Assembly: GCA_965277715.1 (NCBI GenBank)
Contig: OZ255836.1
Location: 2,080,001 to 2,144,000 of the forward strand
DNA: 64,000 nucleotides
Source of the DNA: Gammaproteobacteria bacterium
GTDB taxonomy: Bacteria > Pseudomonadota > Gammaproteobacteria > JBCCGL01
Reading direction: 5' to 3'
Below, in pieces: positions 40,433-49,697 of the stretch. Made by a program: the position numbers and the translations under genes. Position 1 is the first letter of the stretch, and every line of letters starts with the position of its first letter. The notes below the pieces were generated by a model that was given only the letters and a program-made list of their open reading frames with translations, was not told the DNA's origin and made no database searches.

Positions 40433-41359
40433 ATGACGGCGAAAACCACCTCCACACAAACCCTGGCAAAATTTGCCGGTGTGTTTTCCGGGCTGGTATT
40501 TGGCATTTACTGGATTCCTCTGCGCACCCTGGAAGCAGCGGGTTTTTCCGGCTTGTGGGCAACATTTGTTTTTAATGCCACCCCGCTGCTGTTAATTACC
40601 CCACTGCTTGTCTACCGCTGGCGGGCTTTTGCACAGGGCAGTGCCCGTTTTCACCTCTGCGGTATGCTAATAGGTATTGGCTATGTACTTTATGCCAGTG
40701 CCTTTTTATACACTGAGGTAGTGCGGACGATTCTGCTCTTTTACCTTATGCCAATCTGGGGATTCCTATTGGCCCGTGTCCTTATTGGCCAGCTAATTAC
40801 CCCGGTACGCTGGTTATCGATGGCGCTGGGGTTGGGGGGCATGCTGGTTATCTTTGGCATCGATAATGGCATACCCCTGCCCCGCAATCCGGGTGACTGG
40901 ATGGCGTTGAGTGCGGGTATCATTTGGGCAATCGCATCGTTGATGCTACTCACTGATAAGCAAAACAACACCGCCGACTACTGCGGTTTGTTCTTTTTTT
41001 GGAGCACCGTATTTGCCGGTGTGCTGGCCCTGGTCGCGACTCATCAGCAACAATTGGATGCAGCCAACTGGTTGGCCTTGAGCGATGTCATGCACTGGGT
41101 GATTCCACTGGCCCTAATCGTGCTGATCCCCGCAGCTGTCGCCACCGTATTTAGCCCTTCGCACCTCAATCCTGGCGTCGCGGGCCTGTTATTTATGACC
41201 GAAATCAGCGTGGGCGCTGGCAGCGCTGCGCTGTTTGCCGGCGAGCCTTTTGGCTTGCGTGAAATTGCCGGTGTCATTCTGATTACCCTGGCGGGCCTGG
41301 CCGAGCCGGCCTACGAATTGATTAACCGGCGCTTTACACCAGTGGTAGCCAATGAATAA
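40433..41359 (+). CDS. EamA/DMT-family transporter
   Basis: About ten TM helices with a two-repeat EamA pattern. Confidence 0.88.
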   Translation: MTAKTTSTQTLAKFAGVFSGLVFGIYWIPLRTLEAAGFSGLWATFVFNATPLLLITPLLVYRWRAFAQGSARFHLCGMLIGIGYVLYASAFLYTEVVRTILLFYLMPIWGFLLARVLIGQLITPVRWLSMALGLGGMLVIFGIDNGIPLPRNPGDWMALSAGIIWAIASLMLLTDKQNNTADYCGLFFFWSTVFAGVLALVATHQQQLDAANWLALSDVMHWVIPLALIVLIPAAVATVFSPSHLNPGVAGLLFMTEISVGAGSAALFAGEPFGLREIAGVILITLAGLAEPAYELINRRFTPVVANE

Positions 41360-42104
41360 TACCCCGCCCGCCTTTTTGGTCGAAAACAGTGACAACGACT
41401 CGCCATTACTGTTTGTCTGTGACCACGCCGGTAATGCACTGCCGCCAGCCTATGATCAATTGGGCTTGGATAAACAGATTTTATCCCAGCACATCGCCTG
41501 GGATATAGGCGCGCTGGGTATAGCGAGAAAACTCAGCTCGCGCTTCCAGAGTACATTGGTCAGCGGTGTTTACTCGCGCTTATTGGTCGACCTCAACCGC
41601 TTTCCAGGTGATCCCGGCTGGATTCCCGAAAGTAGCGATGGCATTGCTATCCCCGCCAATCAAAACCTGCCTGAAAGCCAACGCAAGGCACGCGCCGATC
41701 GCTATTTTTGGCCGTATCAGCAGGCGATCAGTCGTGAAGTAGAAAAGATCAACGCACGCACCCAAACGCCTATTATCATCTCTATACACAGCTTCACCCC
41801 TGCGCTGACCGATGGTAAACAACGCCCGTGGCATATAGGTATTTTATGGAGTGACGATGATCGCCTGGCGGCACCTATGATGACCGCGTTGCGCGATAAC
41901 CCTGCGGTGTGTGTAGGGGATAATCAGCCTTATCATGCCAATAATCCCAAAGGGTACACCGTAAAAACTCACGCGGAGGATGTAGATTACCTGAACCTAT
42001 TGGTTGAAATCCGCCAGGATTTAATTGGCGATGAGATAGGTGTCGATAAATGGTCAGAGATTTTTGGAGATGCGTTGGAGAGGGTGTTGGGCTGCTATCA
42101 ATAA
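41352..42104 (+). CDS. N-formylglutamate amidohydrolase family protein
   Basis: CDHA.N, HIAWDIGA, SRL..DLNR, IHSFTP, EIRQD. Confidence 0.9.
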   Translation: MNNTPPAFLVENSDNDSPLLFVCDHAGNALPPAYDQLGLDKQILSQHIAWDIGALGIARKLSSRFQSTLVSGVYSRLLVDLNRFPGDPGWIPESSDGIAIPANQNLPESQRKARADRYFWPYQQAISREVEKINARTQTPIIISIHSFTPALTDGKQRPWHIGILWSDDDRLAAPMMTALRDNPAVCVGDNQPYHANNPKGYTVKTHAEDVDYLNLLVEIRQDLIGDEIGVDKWSEIFGDALERVLGCYQ

Positions 42105-42369
42105 GGTGTGAAGATGTCCAGAAGATCTTCAAGCGCAGGCTCTCATGCTACACCATCAAGTAGCCCAGCAAGAAGTCCTAGAGCCAGTGGTGCACCGCCT
42201 CTCTCGCCAAGCACACATAAACGCTGACTTTAAAAGAGGTGGCAAGTATTGACCACAAGACCGATCTGTAGTCGCTTAAGTGTCTCTGCCATGCTTTTAT
42301 AAATAATTCTATATTTTGTTTTATAAAAAACAGGGCAGGTATATTTAACGACACTCACAATATGCTAAG

Positions 42370-42712
42370 CACCACTAAAGCCAACATAACGATCAGCATG
42401 TTGGGCATACTTTTCATTCAATACCTGCTGGCGAACTCCACTGAACGATATGGACTACCCGGTAAATACCTGACAAGGTGTAAAGCCTTCCAGCGCACAG
42501 TGACAGTGCTGATAGTTATACCAACCAACCTACTCAGTACACCATCCATTGACATAGCTATAACAATCAAAGCGACGAGGGTAGTCAGGTCGATACTCAA
42601 ATGTCCAAAATTGACTCTCACTGTGGGGCTTTGCATTACCCACGCGAAGCCTGCTGGGGCTAACGGTGACTGCCGACTCGCCCAGTAAGTCAAGATAGCA
42701 ATGTGCTGTCAT
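42370..42712 (-). pseudogene. IS3-family transposase (integrase core C-terminus), degraded
   Basis: Manual translation SPSRLRVGNAKPHSESQF.T..YRPDYP.RF...W...*.GWYN.QH.H..L...TP.QV..G...RQQVL..KYAQH.DRY, with stop codons. Confidence 0.75.
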
Positions 42713-43002
42713 CGGTGCGCCTCAATCTTTATGTATAGATCACCAACTTCCCTTCACATAAACCCACCGTAAACTGCTTACCATATTTAGTTAGCAGTAA
42801 CATGCAAATTCTTTGGTTTTTACCTTTTTTCAGTGATTTATACAGATTTTATTTAGTTTCAATTGATTTTTACTACAAACATGCTTTTTTTTTTACAATC
42901 AATAATATTTTATATGCATAAGATAGACAGCGTTGGATAGACAAACCTATCTGCAAAACTTAAATCGACTTATATCGTAACTTTAAACACAGGAGTAATT
43001 TC

Positions 43003-43287
43003 ATGGCTTTTCCAACATCAGTCAATGATCAAATTACTGATTCAGTGACCCAGGCAAATGTAGAAGTATTAGGCGATGCGCCAGCTACTGCAATGGGTAA
43101 TTTGTACCAAGCTACTGCTCAGGCGCTGAGTAATGCAGCTCACAATGCGACATCGGCTCAGCAGCAGACGGCGGTAACAGCCCAAGCAGCGACAACGATG
43201 GGTGTCACAACGCTTTATTCCATTGATACCGCATCGACAGGTAAGTCTACTTCGGCAATCTTGAATTCTAAAGTCGCTGGGCTTTAG
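43003..43287 (+). CDS. rebB: RebB-family R-body protein 1
   Basis: MAFPTSVN.QITDSVTQ.N..VLG.APA.AMGNLYQ...NA...QQQ signature; caggag RBS. Confidence 0.95.
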   Translation: MAFPTSVNDQITDSVTQANVEVLGDAPATAMGNLYQATAQALSNAAHNATSAQQQTAVTAQAATTMGVTTLYSIDTASTGKSTSAILNSKVAGL

Positions 43288-43320
43288 TTAATCAACAATA
43301 TCTAAAAGAGGTAAAAAAAT

Positions 43321-43590
43321 ATGGCTTTTCCAACATCGGTTAATAGTCAGATTACTGACTCAGTAACGCAAGCAAATGTAAAGGTTATTGGTGATGCACC
43401 CGCCACAGCAATGGGTAATCTGTATCAGGCTACCGCGCAAGCACTGGGCAACGCAGCACACAATGCGACGACCAGTCAGCAGCAAACTGCGGTTACCGCT
43501 CAGGCCGCGACAACGATGGGTGTTGCCACTTTATATGCAATTGACACAGCATCTACAGGCAAGGCTACAACATCTATTTTGCAATCATAA
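43321..43590 (+). CDS. rebB: RebB-family R-body protein 2
   Basis: Same signature, close paralog. Confidence 0.95.
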   Translation: MAFPTSVNSQITDSVTQANVKVIGDAPATAMGNLYQATAQALGNAAHNATTSQQQTAVTAQAATTMGVATLYAIDTASTGKATTSILQS

Positions 43591-43615
43591 GCACTTGAAT
43601 TAAGGAATCATAGTA

Positions 43616-43885
43616 ATGGCTTTTCCAACTTCGGTGAATAATCAAATCACGGATTCGGTAACGCAAGCGAATGTGCAGACGCTGGGAAGTAGCCCCGCAG
43701 TAGCCATGGGAAACTTATTTCAGGCAACCGCGCAGGCGCTAAGTAACGCGGCCCACAATGCCACTACTGCCCAACAACAAACCAATATAACCGCGCAAGC
43801 GGCGACAACCATGGGAGTGGCGTTACTCTACTCTCTGGATACAGCATCAACGGGAAAAGCTACCTCAAAAATTTTGGGCAGCTAA
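43616..43885 (+). CDS. rebB: RebB-family R-body protein 3
   Basis: Same signature. Confidence 0.95.
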   Translation: MAFPTSVNNQITDSVTQANVQTLGSSPAVAMGNLFQATAQALSNAAHNATTAQQQTNITAQAATTMGVALLYSLDTASTGKATSKILGS

Positions 43886-43940
43886 GCCTTTTGATATTTT
43901 CAATAGCAGTATTTAAAACTAACTTTAAGGTAAATTTATC

Positions 43941-44207
43941 ATGGCATATCCAACTTCAGTAAACAGTCAAGTCACCGATTCCATTACTCAGGTAAATACC
44001 AAAGTGCTGGGCGACAGCCCTTCCATGGCAATGGGTAATCTATTTGTGGCGACCTCACAGGCTTTATCCAACGCCGCTCACAATGCGACAACAGCGCAAC
44101 AACAAGCTGTCGTCACTGCTCAGGCGGCAACAACACAGGGGATTTCAACCCTATATTGCATTGATACCGCCTCTACGGGCAGAGCAACTTCTGAGATTTA
44201 TGCTTAA
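43941..44207 (+). CDS. rebB: RebB-family R-body protein 4
   Basis: Same signature. Confidence 0.95.
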   Translation: MAYPTSVNSQVTDSITQVNTKVLGDSPSMAMGNLFVATSQALSNAAHNATTAQQQAVVTAQAATTQGISTLYCIDTASTGRATSEIYA

Positions 44208-44315
44208 TTTAACGTTAGCCATCAGATGAGTTAATACGCGGCATATGGATGTGCCGATGTCATCCAAGATATTGAGAACTAAATATCAGTAGATACTAGT
44301 TCGTAAAATAATAAC

Positions 44316-44344
44316 CCTATCTGGGCAGGTTTAGCCCAGATAGG
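44316..44344 (+). other. Perfect 11-bp stem-loop inside the reb operon
   Basis: cctatctgggc-aggttta-gcccagatagg. Confidence 0.8.
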
Positions 44345-44363
44345 TTAATAACGACAGTAATTT

Positions 44364-44645
44364 TTGATGAGTGCAAGCATCAATTTTTTATCGACAGGAC
44401 TTTCCCCATGCTTATCCATGGGTATGGTTTATGGCGCAGCAGCCCATAGTGTGGGCTTGTTAATGGCAAATGCCGTGTTCAATGAAAAAGTTTCTCAAAT
44501 TAGAGCCAATGCAAGTGTCGATCAGTGTTGCGCTTTAATAATTGCAGCTGGTGCAACTGGTGCAACTGGTGCAACTGGTAAGACTGGTAAGACTAGTAAA
44601 AAGCTAGCACAGTCCCACAAAGTTAAAGATGATAAATCGGAGTAA
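44364..44645 (+). CDS. Divergent Reb-like protein with 9-bp repeat tail (GAT/GKT)
   Basis: SP..SMGM.Y...AHS.GL.M.NAV.N...Q..A.ASV.QCC Reb-like pattern. Confidence 0.7.
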   Translation: MMSASINFLSTGLSPCLSMGMVYGAAAHSVGLLMANAVFNEKVSQIRANASVDQCCALIIAAGATGATGATGKTGKTSKKLAQSHKVKDDKSE

Positions 44646-44649
44646 TTCA

Positions 44650-45306
44650 ATGACTGTTAATGATCAAATTGTGGATTCTGTCACGCAGAATACCACCTTA
44701 CTGGCGGGGAATGCGGCTCCAGAGGGTATGGGTATAGTGGATATTGTTTCCGCAAAGACCATCGGCATGTTTATGCATAATGCTGTTAGCTCGCAGCAAC
44801 AAGCGCAAATATCGTCTAATGCTTCTGTTACTGCGGTCTGCGCAAAAATGTTAAAAGTGGTGCCAGAGTTGTCAACGGCACCCACTCCAACACCAACAAC
44901 CGAAAAAAAGGCCATTCCACCATTTATGCCCTTAACAAACGCTGGAGCACCGCCACCGCCACCGTCACCTTCATTCTTACTTGATCAAGCGCAAGCCTTG
45001 GTTGATAGCGCTATTACATCAAGGTCAACACAAGAAAAAGTAGATAAAGAATCCGATAAGCAATATGAAGCAGCATTAAATCTGCTAAATAAAAAACTAA
45101 AAACAGCCACCACTGCTACAGATACAACTAAGAATACTGGCACCGGTTCTGGCGGTACTGGCACCGACACGAGTACTGGCACCGGCACGAGTACTGGCAC
45201 AAGCACGGGTACTGGCACAAGCACGGGTACTGGCACAAGCACGGGTACTGGCACAAGCACGGGTACTGGCACAGGCACGGGTACTGGTACGGGTGATGGA
45301 AACTAA
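44650..45306 (+). CDS. Reb-domain protein with Pro-rich linker and Thr/Gly repeat tail
   Basis: MTVNDQIVDSVTQ...G.A...MG...M.MHNAVS.QQ.AQ; TGTGTS repeats. Confidence 0.82.
   Translation: MTVNDQIVDSVTQNTTLLAGNAAPEGMGIVDIVSAKTIGMFMHNAVSSQQQAQISSNASVTAVCAKMLKVVPELSTAPTPTPTTEKKAIPPFMPLTNAGAPPPPPSPSFLLDQAQALVDSAITSRSTQEKVDKESDKQYEAALNLLNKKLKTATTATDTTKNTGTGSGGTGTDTSTGTGTSTGTSTGTGTSTGTGTSTGTGTSTGTGTGTGTGTGDGN
45136..45295 (+). repeat. 18-bp tandem repeats encoding TGTSTG
   Basis: actggcacaagcacgggt repeated ~4x plus degenerate flanking units. Confidence 0.9.
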
Positions 45307-45369
45307 CTCCTCTCCTGAATTACTAAGTCGGAAAAACTTTAATCACATTAAATTTTAGTAATAAGTAGC

Positions 45370-45726
45370 GTGAGCAATCAAATGACAAACCCCCAAATTA
45401 CAAACTCTATGCAAGTGCTGCAGCAAGCCACCTTGACAAGTGATGTCATCCGTCACTCAGGTGCGGGAAAAGCCTATCAGTCGGTAGCTCAAACCACCGC
45501 AATTGCCATTCAGGATGCAGCCGATCAATTACGCAATATGAATACCATCAGTGCTACGGCTACAGGTGTAGCAATTTCGCAAATGTTAGCAACAGGGGAA
45601 GTTGACAAATTCCAAAGTATTTTGGTGCAGATAGAAAGTGTATTAACGCAAAGTAATCAAAACTTTTTATGTGTTGGTCAAAATTCTAGTGAAATATTGC
45701 GCCAGTTTCCTGATGGGGATAGTTAA
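45370..45726 (+). CDS. Reb-associated (divergent Reb-like) protein
   Basis: NPQIT.S...GKAYQSVAQ.TAIAIQDA.D.LRN..TI..TA.GVA. Confidence 0.75.
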   Translation: MSNQMTNPQITNSMQVLQQATLTSDVIRHSGAGKAYQSVAQTTAIAIQDAADQLRNMNTISATATGVAISQMLATGEVDKFQSILVQIESVLTQSNQNFLCVGQNSSEILRQFPDGDS

Positions 45727-45770
45727 TCTTTTTATTAATTTTATGTTATAGATAAATAAAATATCCACTC

Positions 45771-46823
45771 ATGATTTCAATACAAAAACCTATCAGAAGC
45801 TTAACGGATTTGTCAGCAGAGGCTCGGTTAATTTTCAACTGGATTCCCGGTTCTCAAGCCTGGTTCGATTTTGCTACTAAAGAGGATGCGCCACTTTATC
45901 AATTTGAATCAGAGGCTGTGTTTCTGAAAAGCACCGCTTCTGGTCTTCATAATAGTGATTTGATTTACCTGAAAAATTGCCAATTTTTTATAGCACCGGA
46001 ACGCTTACTGACCTTTTCCCTTCAACAACTGAGAAATATCGATAGCATTATTCAACAAAAATATGATCAGGGTGAATATCATGGACTTAGTAAATTAACC
46101 ACTGGAGAAAAAATTTTTTCTACTCCTCAGTTGACAGAAATTACCTCACTATTAAAACGCCTTAACCTTATTGATAACCCATTATTTTCTAATATGACAT
46201 TAGATCAATGGCCCTCGTTACTTGCGGTGGCCGAAAAGGTAAACACGCATAAGGATAAAACTGCACATATCGCACAAGCTAGTATTTTTTCCATAGAACG
46301 TTCCGCTAATTCTGAATCTTTTTGCGCCCTTTTTGAATTCTCTTTATTTGTTTTACCCGTTTTTGAAAAAGCGTCAACCAAAAAACTTAAAAGCGATACA
46401 AGAAAAGTATATAAACGTTTGATTAAGCTTTATGAATACTTGGTAAAAAACGCGTTTAGCTTTTTGTCTTGCCCATTATTAGATGGTTCGGTTGACGAAA
46501 AAAATGTAACCGGGTTGGTTAATTATTATGGAGAAAACAACCAAGTGATTGGGTTTAACTGTTTGTCAAATGCTATTTCTCAAATTGCGCAGAATATCTC
46601 CATCGATGCTTTGTTATCCCCCAACTTAATGACAGCAGAAATTTATCGGCTGGGAGAAGTTATGTGCCAGTTTTGTAAAACCTGTCAGGTTTCTGAACCT
46701 CGTTTATCTCAGAATGCAAAGTATTGGCATTATCAGGCAAGTAGTAAAAATTACGATGCTGATTTTTCTTTATCTGAAGATGGCTGTTTGTACATGAATC
46801 GTTTTTATAAACATACTTTATAG
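45771..46823 (+). CDS. Hypothetical protein (350 aa) in the reb operon
   Basis: Long ORF, same strand, abuts the next gene. Confidence 0.8.
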   Translation: MISIQKPIRSLTDLSAEARLIFNWIPGSQAWFDFATKEDAPLYQFESEAVFLKSTASGLHNSDLIYLKNCQFFIAPERLLTFSLQQLRNIDSIIQQKYDQGEYHGLSKLTTGEKIFSTPQLTEITSLLKRLNLIDNPLFSNMTLDQWPSLLAVAEKVNTHKDKTAHIAQASIFSIERSANSESFCALFEFSLFVLPVFEKASTKKLKSDTRKVYKRLIKLYEYLVKNAFSFLSCPLLDGSVDEKNVTGLVNYYGENNQVIGFNCLSNAISQIAQNISIDALLSPNLMTAEIYRLGEVMCQFCKTCQVSEPRLSQNAKYWHYQASSKNYDADFSLSEDGCLYMNRFYKHTL

Positions 46824-47291
46824 GTGAAAGATATGAAAACAAAGAGCACAAAAAATACAAACAATCTGCTGGTAGCGATATCATCCGATAATGTCGATCA
46901 GATTTTTGAACAAATGAACAGTAGCTTGCAGCAAGCAGAGCAAGTTATGGCAGAAGCGTTCGACAAAAATAAACAATTACAAGCTGAAGCACGACAACTG
47001 ATCCTTCAAGCATCACTCTCTCAGAATAACGAAGCGCCCACCAACCCAGAAACCAGTGAGGAATATGCACAACAGGTGCAAAAAGAAGAGCAGAAGCAGG
47101 CAGCTATGCCAAATAAAACTCTGGCGCAAATAAACGAAGAGGCCCAAGCTCATATGCAATCAATTGAATCGGATATACAGGCGTCATTAAAACACATTAG
47201 TGACAATATTCACCAGCAGCAACATCAGTTGGATCAGAATGTTATACAGCAGACAAATACCATGGAGAAAACAGTTCAAGCATCGGAATAG
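46824..47291 (+). CDS. Gln-rich coiled-coil hypothetical protein
   Basis: ORF with Q/E/A-rich helical composition. Confidence 0.75.
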   Translation: MKDMKTKSTKNTNNLLVAISSDNVDQIFEQMNSSLQQAEQVMAEAFDKNKQLQAEARQLILQASLSQNNEAPTNPETSEEYAQQVQKEEQKQAAMPNKTLAQINEEAQAHMQSIESDIQASLKHISDNIHQQQHQLDQNVIQQTNTMEKTVQASE

Positions 47292-47352
47292 TATTTATTG
47301 TATCTGTATAGGTGGGCAAATAAGACCTTTACTATGACAGGATTAGCACATC

Positions 47353-48870
47353 ATGATGCCTATAGCACCAATTAGCGTTGCGCTAAGTCCAGATCAGGAA
47401 GTTAAGCGAGAAGCGGCGCTTAAACAAATGCGGGAACTGATGGCTAAGATGAGTCATTGGGTCAAGTACCGTCTGTTGACAACGCAAGATCGAAATAATT
47501 TTATCGCCAAAGGTTTCGCCAGAGACCTGGTGGATAATCTGGTCTATTTCACCCAACGCTGTTCCCCGAAAGTAGAGAGTAATACAAGTGATCATCTTAT
47601 GATCGGCTTTACCGACGCCGCCTTTGACCCTTCAATTTATGCTTGCGAGGTAAACCGTCGCGCTTTAATAAGCAGCAGTGTCGGATGTTGCGCCTGGTGT
47701 GAAAGCTTGATTGCGCAAAATGGTGGTGGCATTGTCAGTCACTATCGCCCGGCTTATGGTTATAGTGAGCAGGGAATTTTATACCGCTCGGCATATTATG
47801 AGCTGGCCTATGAGCAAAACAATCTAATCTATGCCTGCCGAGAATGCGCGGATAACTATAAGGCTGATGTATTTCCCGTAATTGGTGGAAAAAGAATGTC
47901 AGATGTTTCCGCAAGTGAAGAACGAGCCGCATTGGTCAACCCTTATGTAGAAGCCCCTCGAAATTTTATTCGTTTTAACCCTTTTAATGGCTTCGCTTTT
48001 GCCTATGACCGCGTGCTCAAATTTTATCAATCATCACAGGATAAAGGCGCCGACGAGGTCTGTAAATTACTATGGCAAGACCCAAAAAATATCCCTCTGC
48101 AACATGATATTAACGGCAATGACATTTCTTATGCTGATGTAAATAGCACTTTTCAACAATGGCTATCACAACAATCAGATGTTACTGCAGAGATGCTCTG
48201 CCGAGGACAAACAACAATTGATTTGTTGGGTTTGAACCGCCCTGCCCTTTTGTACGCCAGAAATAACCACCTGCGCCAGCTAAGAGGTTTATTTTTAGCG
48301 AAAGATAATCAAACACCAGAACTTCGCCATGAAGTGGGTAGCATTACAAACCTGGTGGATAATGTAGCTCTAAAAAAAGACAAGAGCGAGAAAATTCCCC
48401 AATACCAATCCCTAACGCTTGATGCTATCAATACCTGGTTAGCGGAAGAACAGAAAGATCAGCAACCAAATGACGCTGCAATCGCTGTAAACACAGACAA
48501 TACCAACTGGATTAGTCTTTACGACCAGTGTCTACAGGCAAAACAGAGCGATTATTCCATTACTATCTCATCAACCTTGCGTTCAAGTTTAATGTATATG
48601 GTGATAGAAAGTGAGTTGAAATTAGAAAATAAGCGCCGAATAATCAATCTACATGTAGACGACTTACTCTACGGAAATATGAACGCGAAGTGTATATTTT
48701 TACAAATTGACTGGCATAAGGATTTTCATAATGTAATCAAAGTATGCTCTATCGGTCACATCTGGGAAACTTCATTTGCCGAATTGGCTGAAACCACCTC
48801 TGACGCCGTTCGCAGTTTGTTCGCGCACAATGAAATATGGGCCGAAGGACACTACGAAAAACTTGCATGA
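47353..48870 (+). CDS. HNH-endonuclease-like protein with N- and C-terminal extensions
   Basis: CAWCE, SHYRP, NLIYACREC, LVNPY.E.P and TTIDLLGLNRP.L...R motifs of the TIGR02646/PtuB-like HNH group. Confidence 0.75.
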   Translation: MMPIAPISVALSPDQEVKREAALKQMRELMAKMSHWVKYRLLTTQDRNNFIAKGFARDLVDNLVYFTQRCSPKVESNTSDHLMIGFTDAAFDPSIYACEVNRRALISSSVGCCAWCESLIAQNGGGIVSHYRPAYGYSEQGILYRSAYYELAYEQNNLIYACRECADNYKADVFPVIGGKRMSDVSASEERAALVNPYVEAPRNFIRFNPFNGFAFAYDRVLKFYQSSQDKGADEVCKLLWQDPKNIPLQHDINGNDISYADVNSTFQQWLSQQSDVTAEMLCRGQTTIDLLGLNRPALLYARNNHLRQLRGLFLAKDNQTPELRHEVGSITNLVDNVALKKDKSEKIPQYQSLTLDAINTWLAEEQKDQQPNDAAIAVNTDNTNWISLYDQCLQAKQSDYSITISSTLRSSLMYMVIESELKLENKRRIINLHVDDLLYGNMNAKCIFLQIDWHKDFHNVIKVCSIGHIWETSFAELAETTSDAVRSLFAHNEIWAEGHYEKLA

Positions 48871-48932
48871 CACTGGCTTATTTAAAGCGAGATATTTGCA
48901 AAAAATAACAAATTATAAATTGAAAAAAATTT

Positions 48933-49661
48933 ATGAAAATTATTAAATGCAGCTTTATTTTTTCAATGTTGTATCTGTTGACGCTATGGCCTGATATCCA
49001 TAAATTTGAAATCATTCACAATATTTTTTTACCCGCCCATGCCGAAAATTATTTCACCTTATCGGCAACAGAAAAAACACAGGGTATTGATATTTCAGAG
49101 TATCAGGGCAAGGTGGATTTCAAAATACTGGAAAAAACGAGTGTTAGATTTGTGTATATAAAAGCGACACAAGGGGCCGACTACGTTGATCCAACCTATA
49201 TCATACATCGAAATGCACTATCAGACAGCAAACTACTGAGCGGGGCTTATCATTTCTATGACCCTAATGATGATCCTGTCACCCAGGCCCACCATTTTGT
49301 TTCCCAGGTAAAAAGTAGCAAGCATTTTCTGCCGCCGATGCTGGATGTAGAGCAAACAGGGAAATTGTCACCCAGTGAAATTAAGGTGGGGATTAAACAA
49401 TGGCTGGACTATGTGGAAAAAGCTCTGGATTGCCGACCGATTATTTACAGTTATGGTGATTTCTGGTTAGAGAACATTGGCCCAAGCTTTAACACTTATG
49501 ATTTTTGGTTGGCCGACTATGCTGAAAAAGCACAGCCACCGGAGGAACTATCTAATTGGCGGGTCTGGCAATATTCCAGTGAGGGCCGTTTGCCGGGTGT
49601 ACAAAACAGCGTTGATCTCGATGTAGTAGTAGCTGGCGAGTTAAGCTGTAATACCGAATAA
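48933..49661 (+). CDS. GH25 muramidase (lysozyme) with hydrophobic N-terminus
   Basis: GIDIS.YQG.VD, YIKAT.G, GAYHF, PPMLDVE (DxE), WQYS, VDLD. Confidence 0.93.
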   Translation: MKIIKCSFIFSMLYLLTLWPDIHKFEIIHNIFLPAHAENYFTLSATEKTQGIDISEYQGKVDFKILEKTSVRFVYIKATQGADYVDPTYIIHRNALSDSKLLSGAYHFYDPNDDPVTQAHHFVSQVKSSKHFLPPMLDVEQTGKLSPSEIKVGIKQWLDYVEKALDCRPIIYSYGDFWLENIGPSFNTYDFWLADYAEKAQPPEELSNWRVWQYSSEGRLPGVQNSVDLDVVVAGELSCNTE

Positions 49662-49697
49662 TAGAGAGCAATAAACCATACTTAGGAGAAAACTAAT

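Noticed and set aside
42362-42693. ORFs 42362..42688 (+) and 42418..42693 (-) as real genes
   Set aside because: They overlie an IS3 transposase pseudogene read in another frame.
44985-45278. Minus-strand VPVPVL-repeat ORF
   Set aside because: Antisense reading of the Thr/Gly repeat.
47353-48870. Septu or retron defence system
   Set aside because: No PtuA-like ATPase or reverse transcriptase is adjacent; the context is the reb operon.
48933-49661. Prophage lysis cassette
   Set aside because: No holin, spanin, structural or integrase genes nearby.
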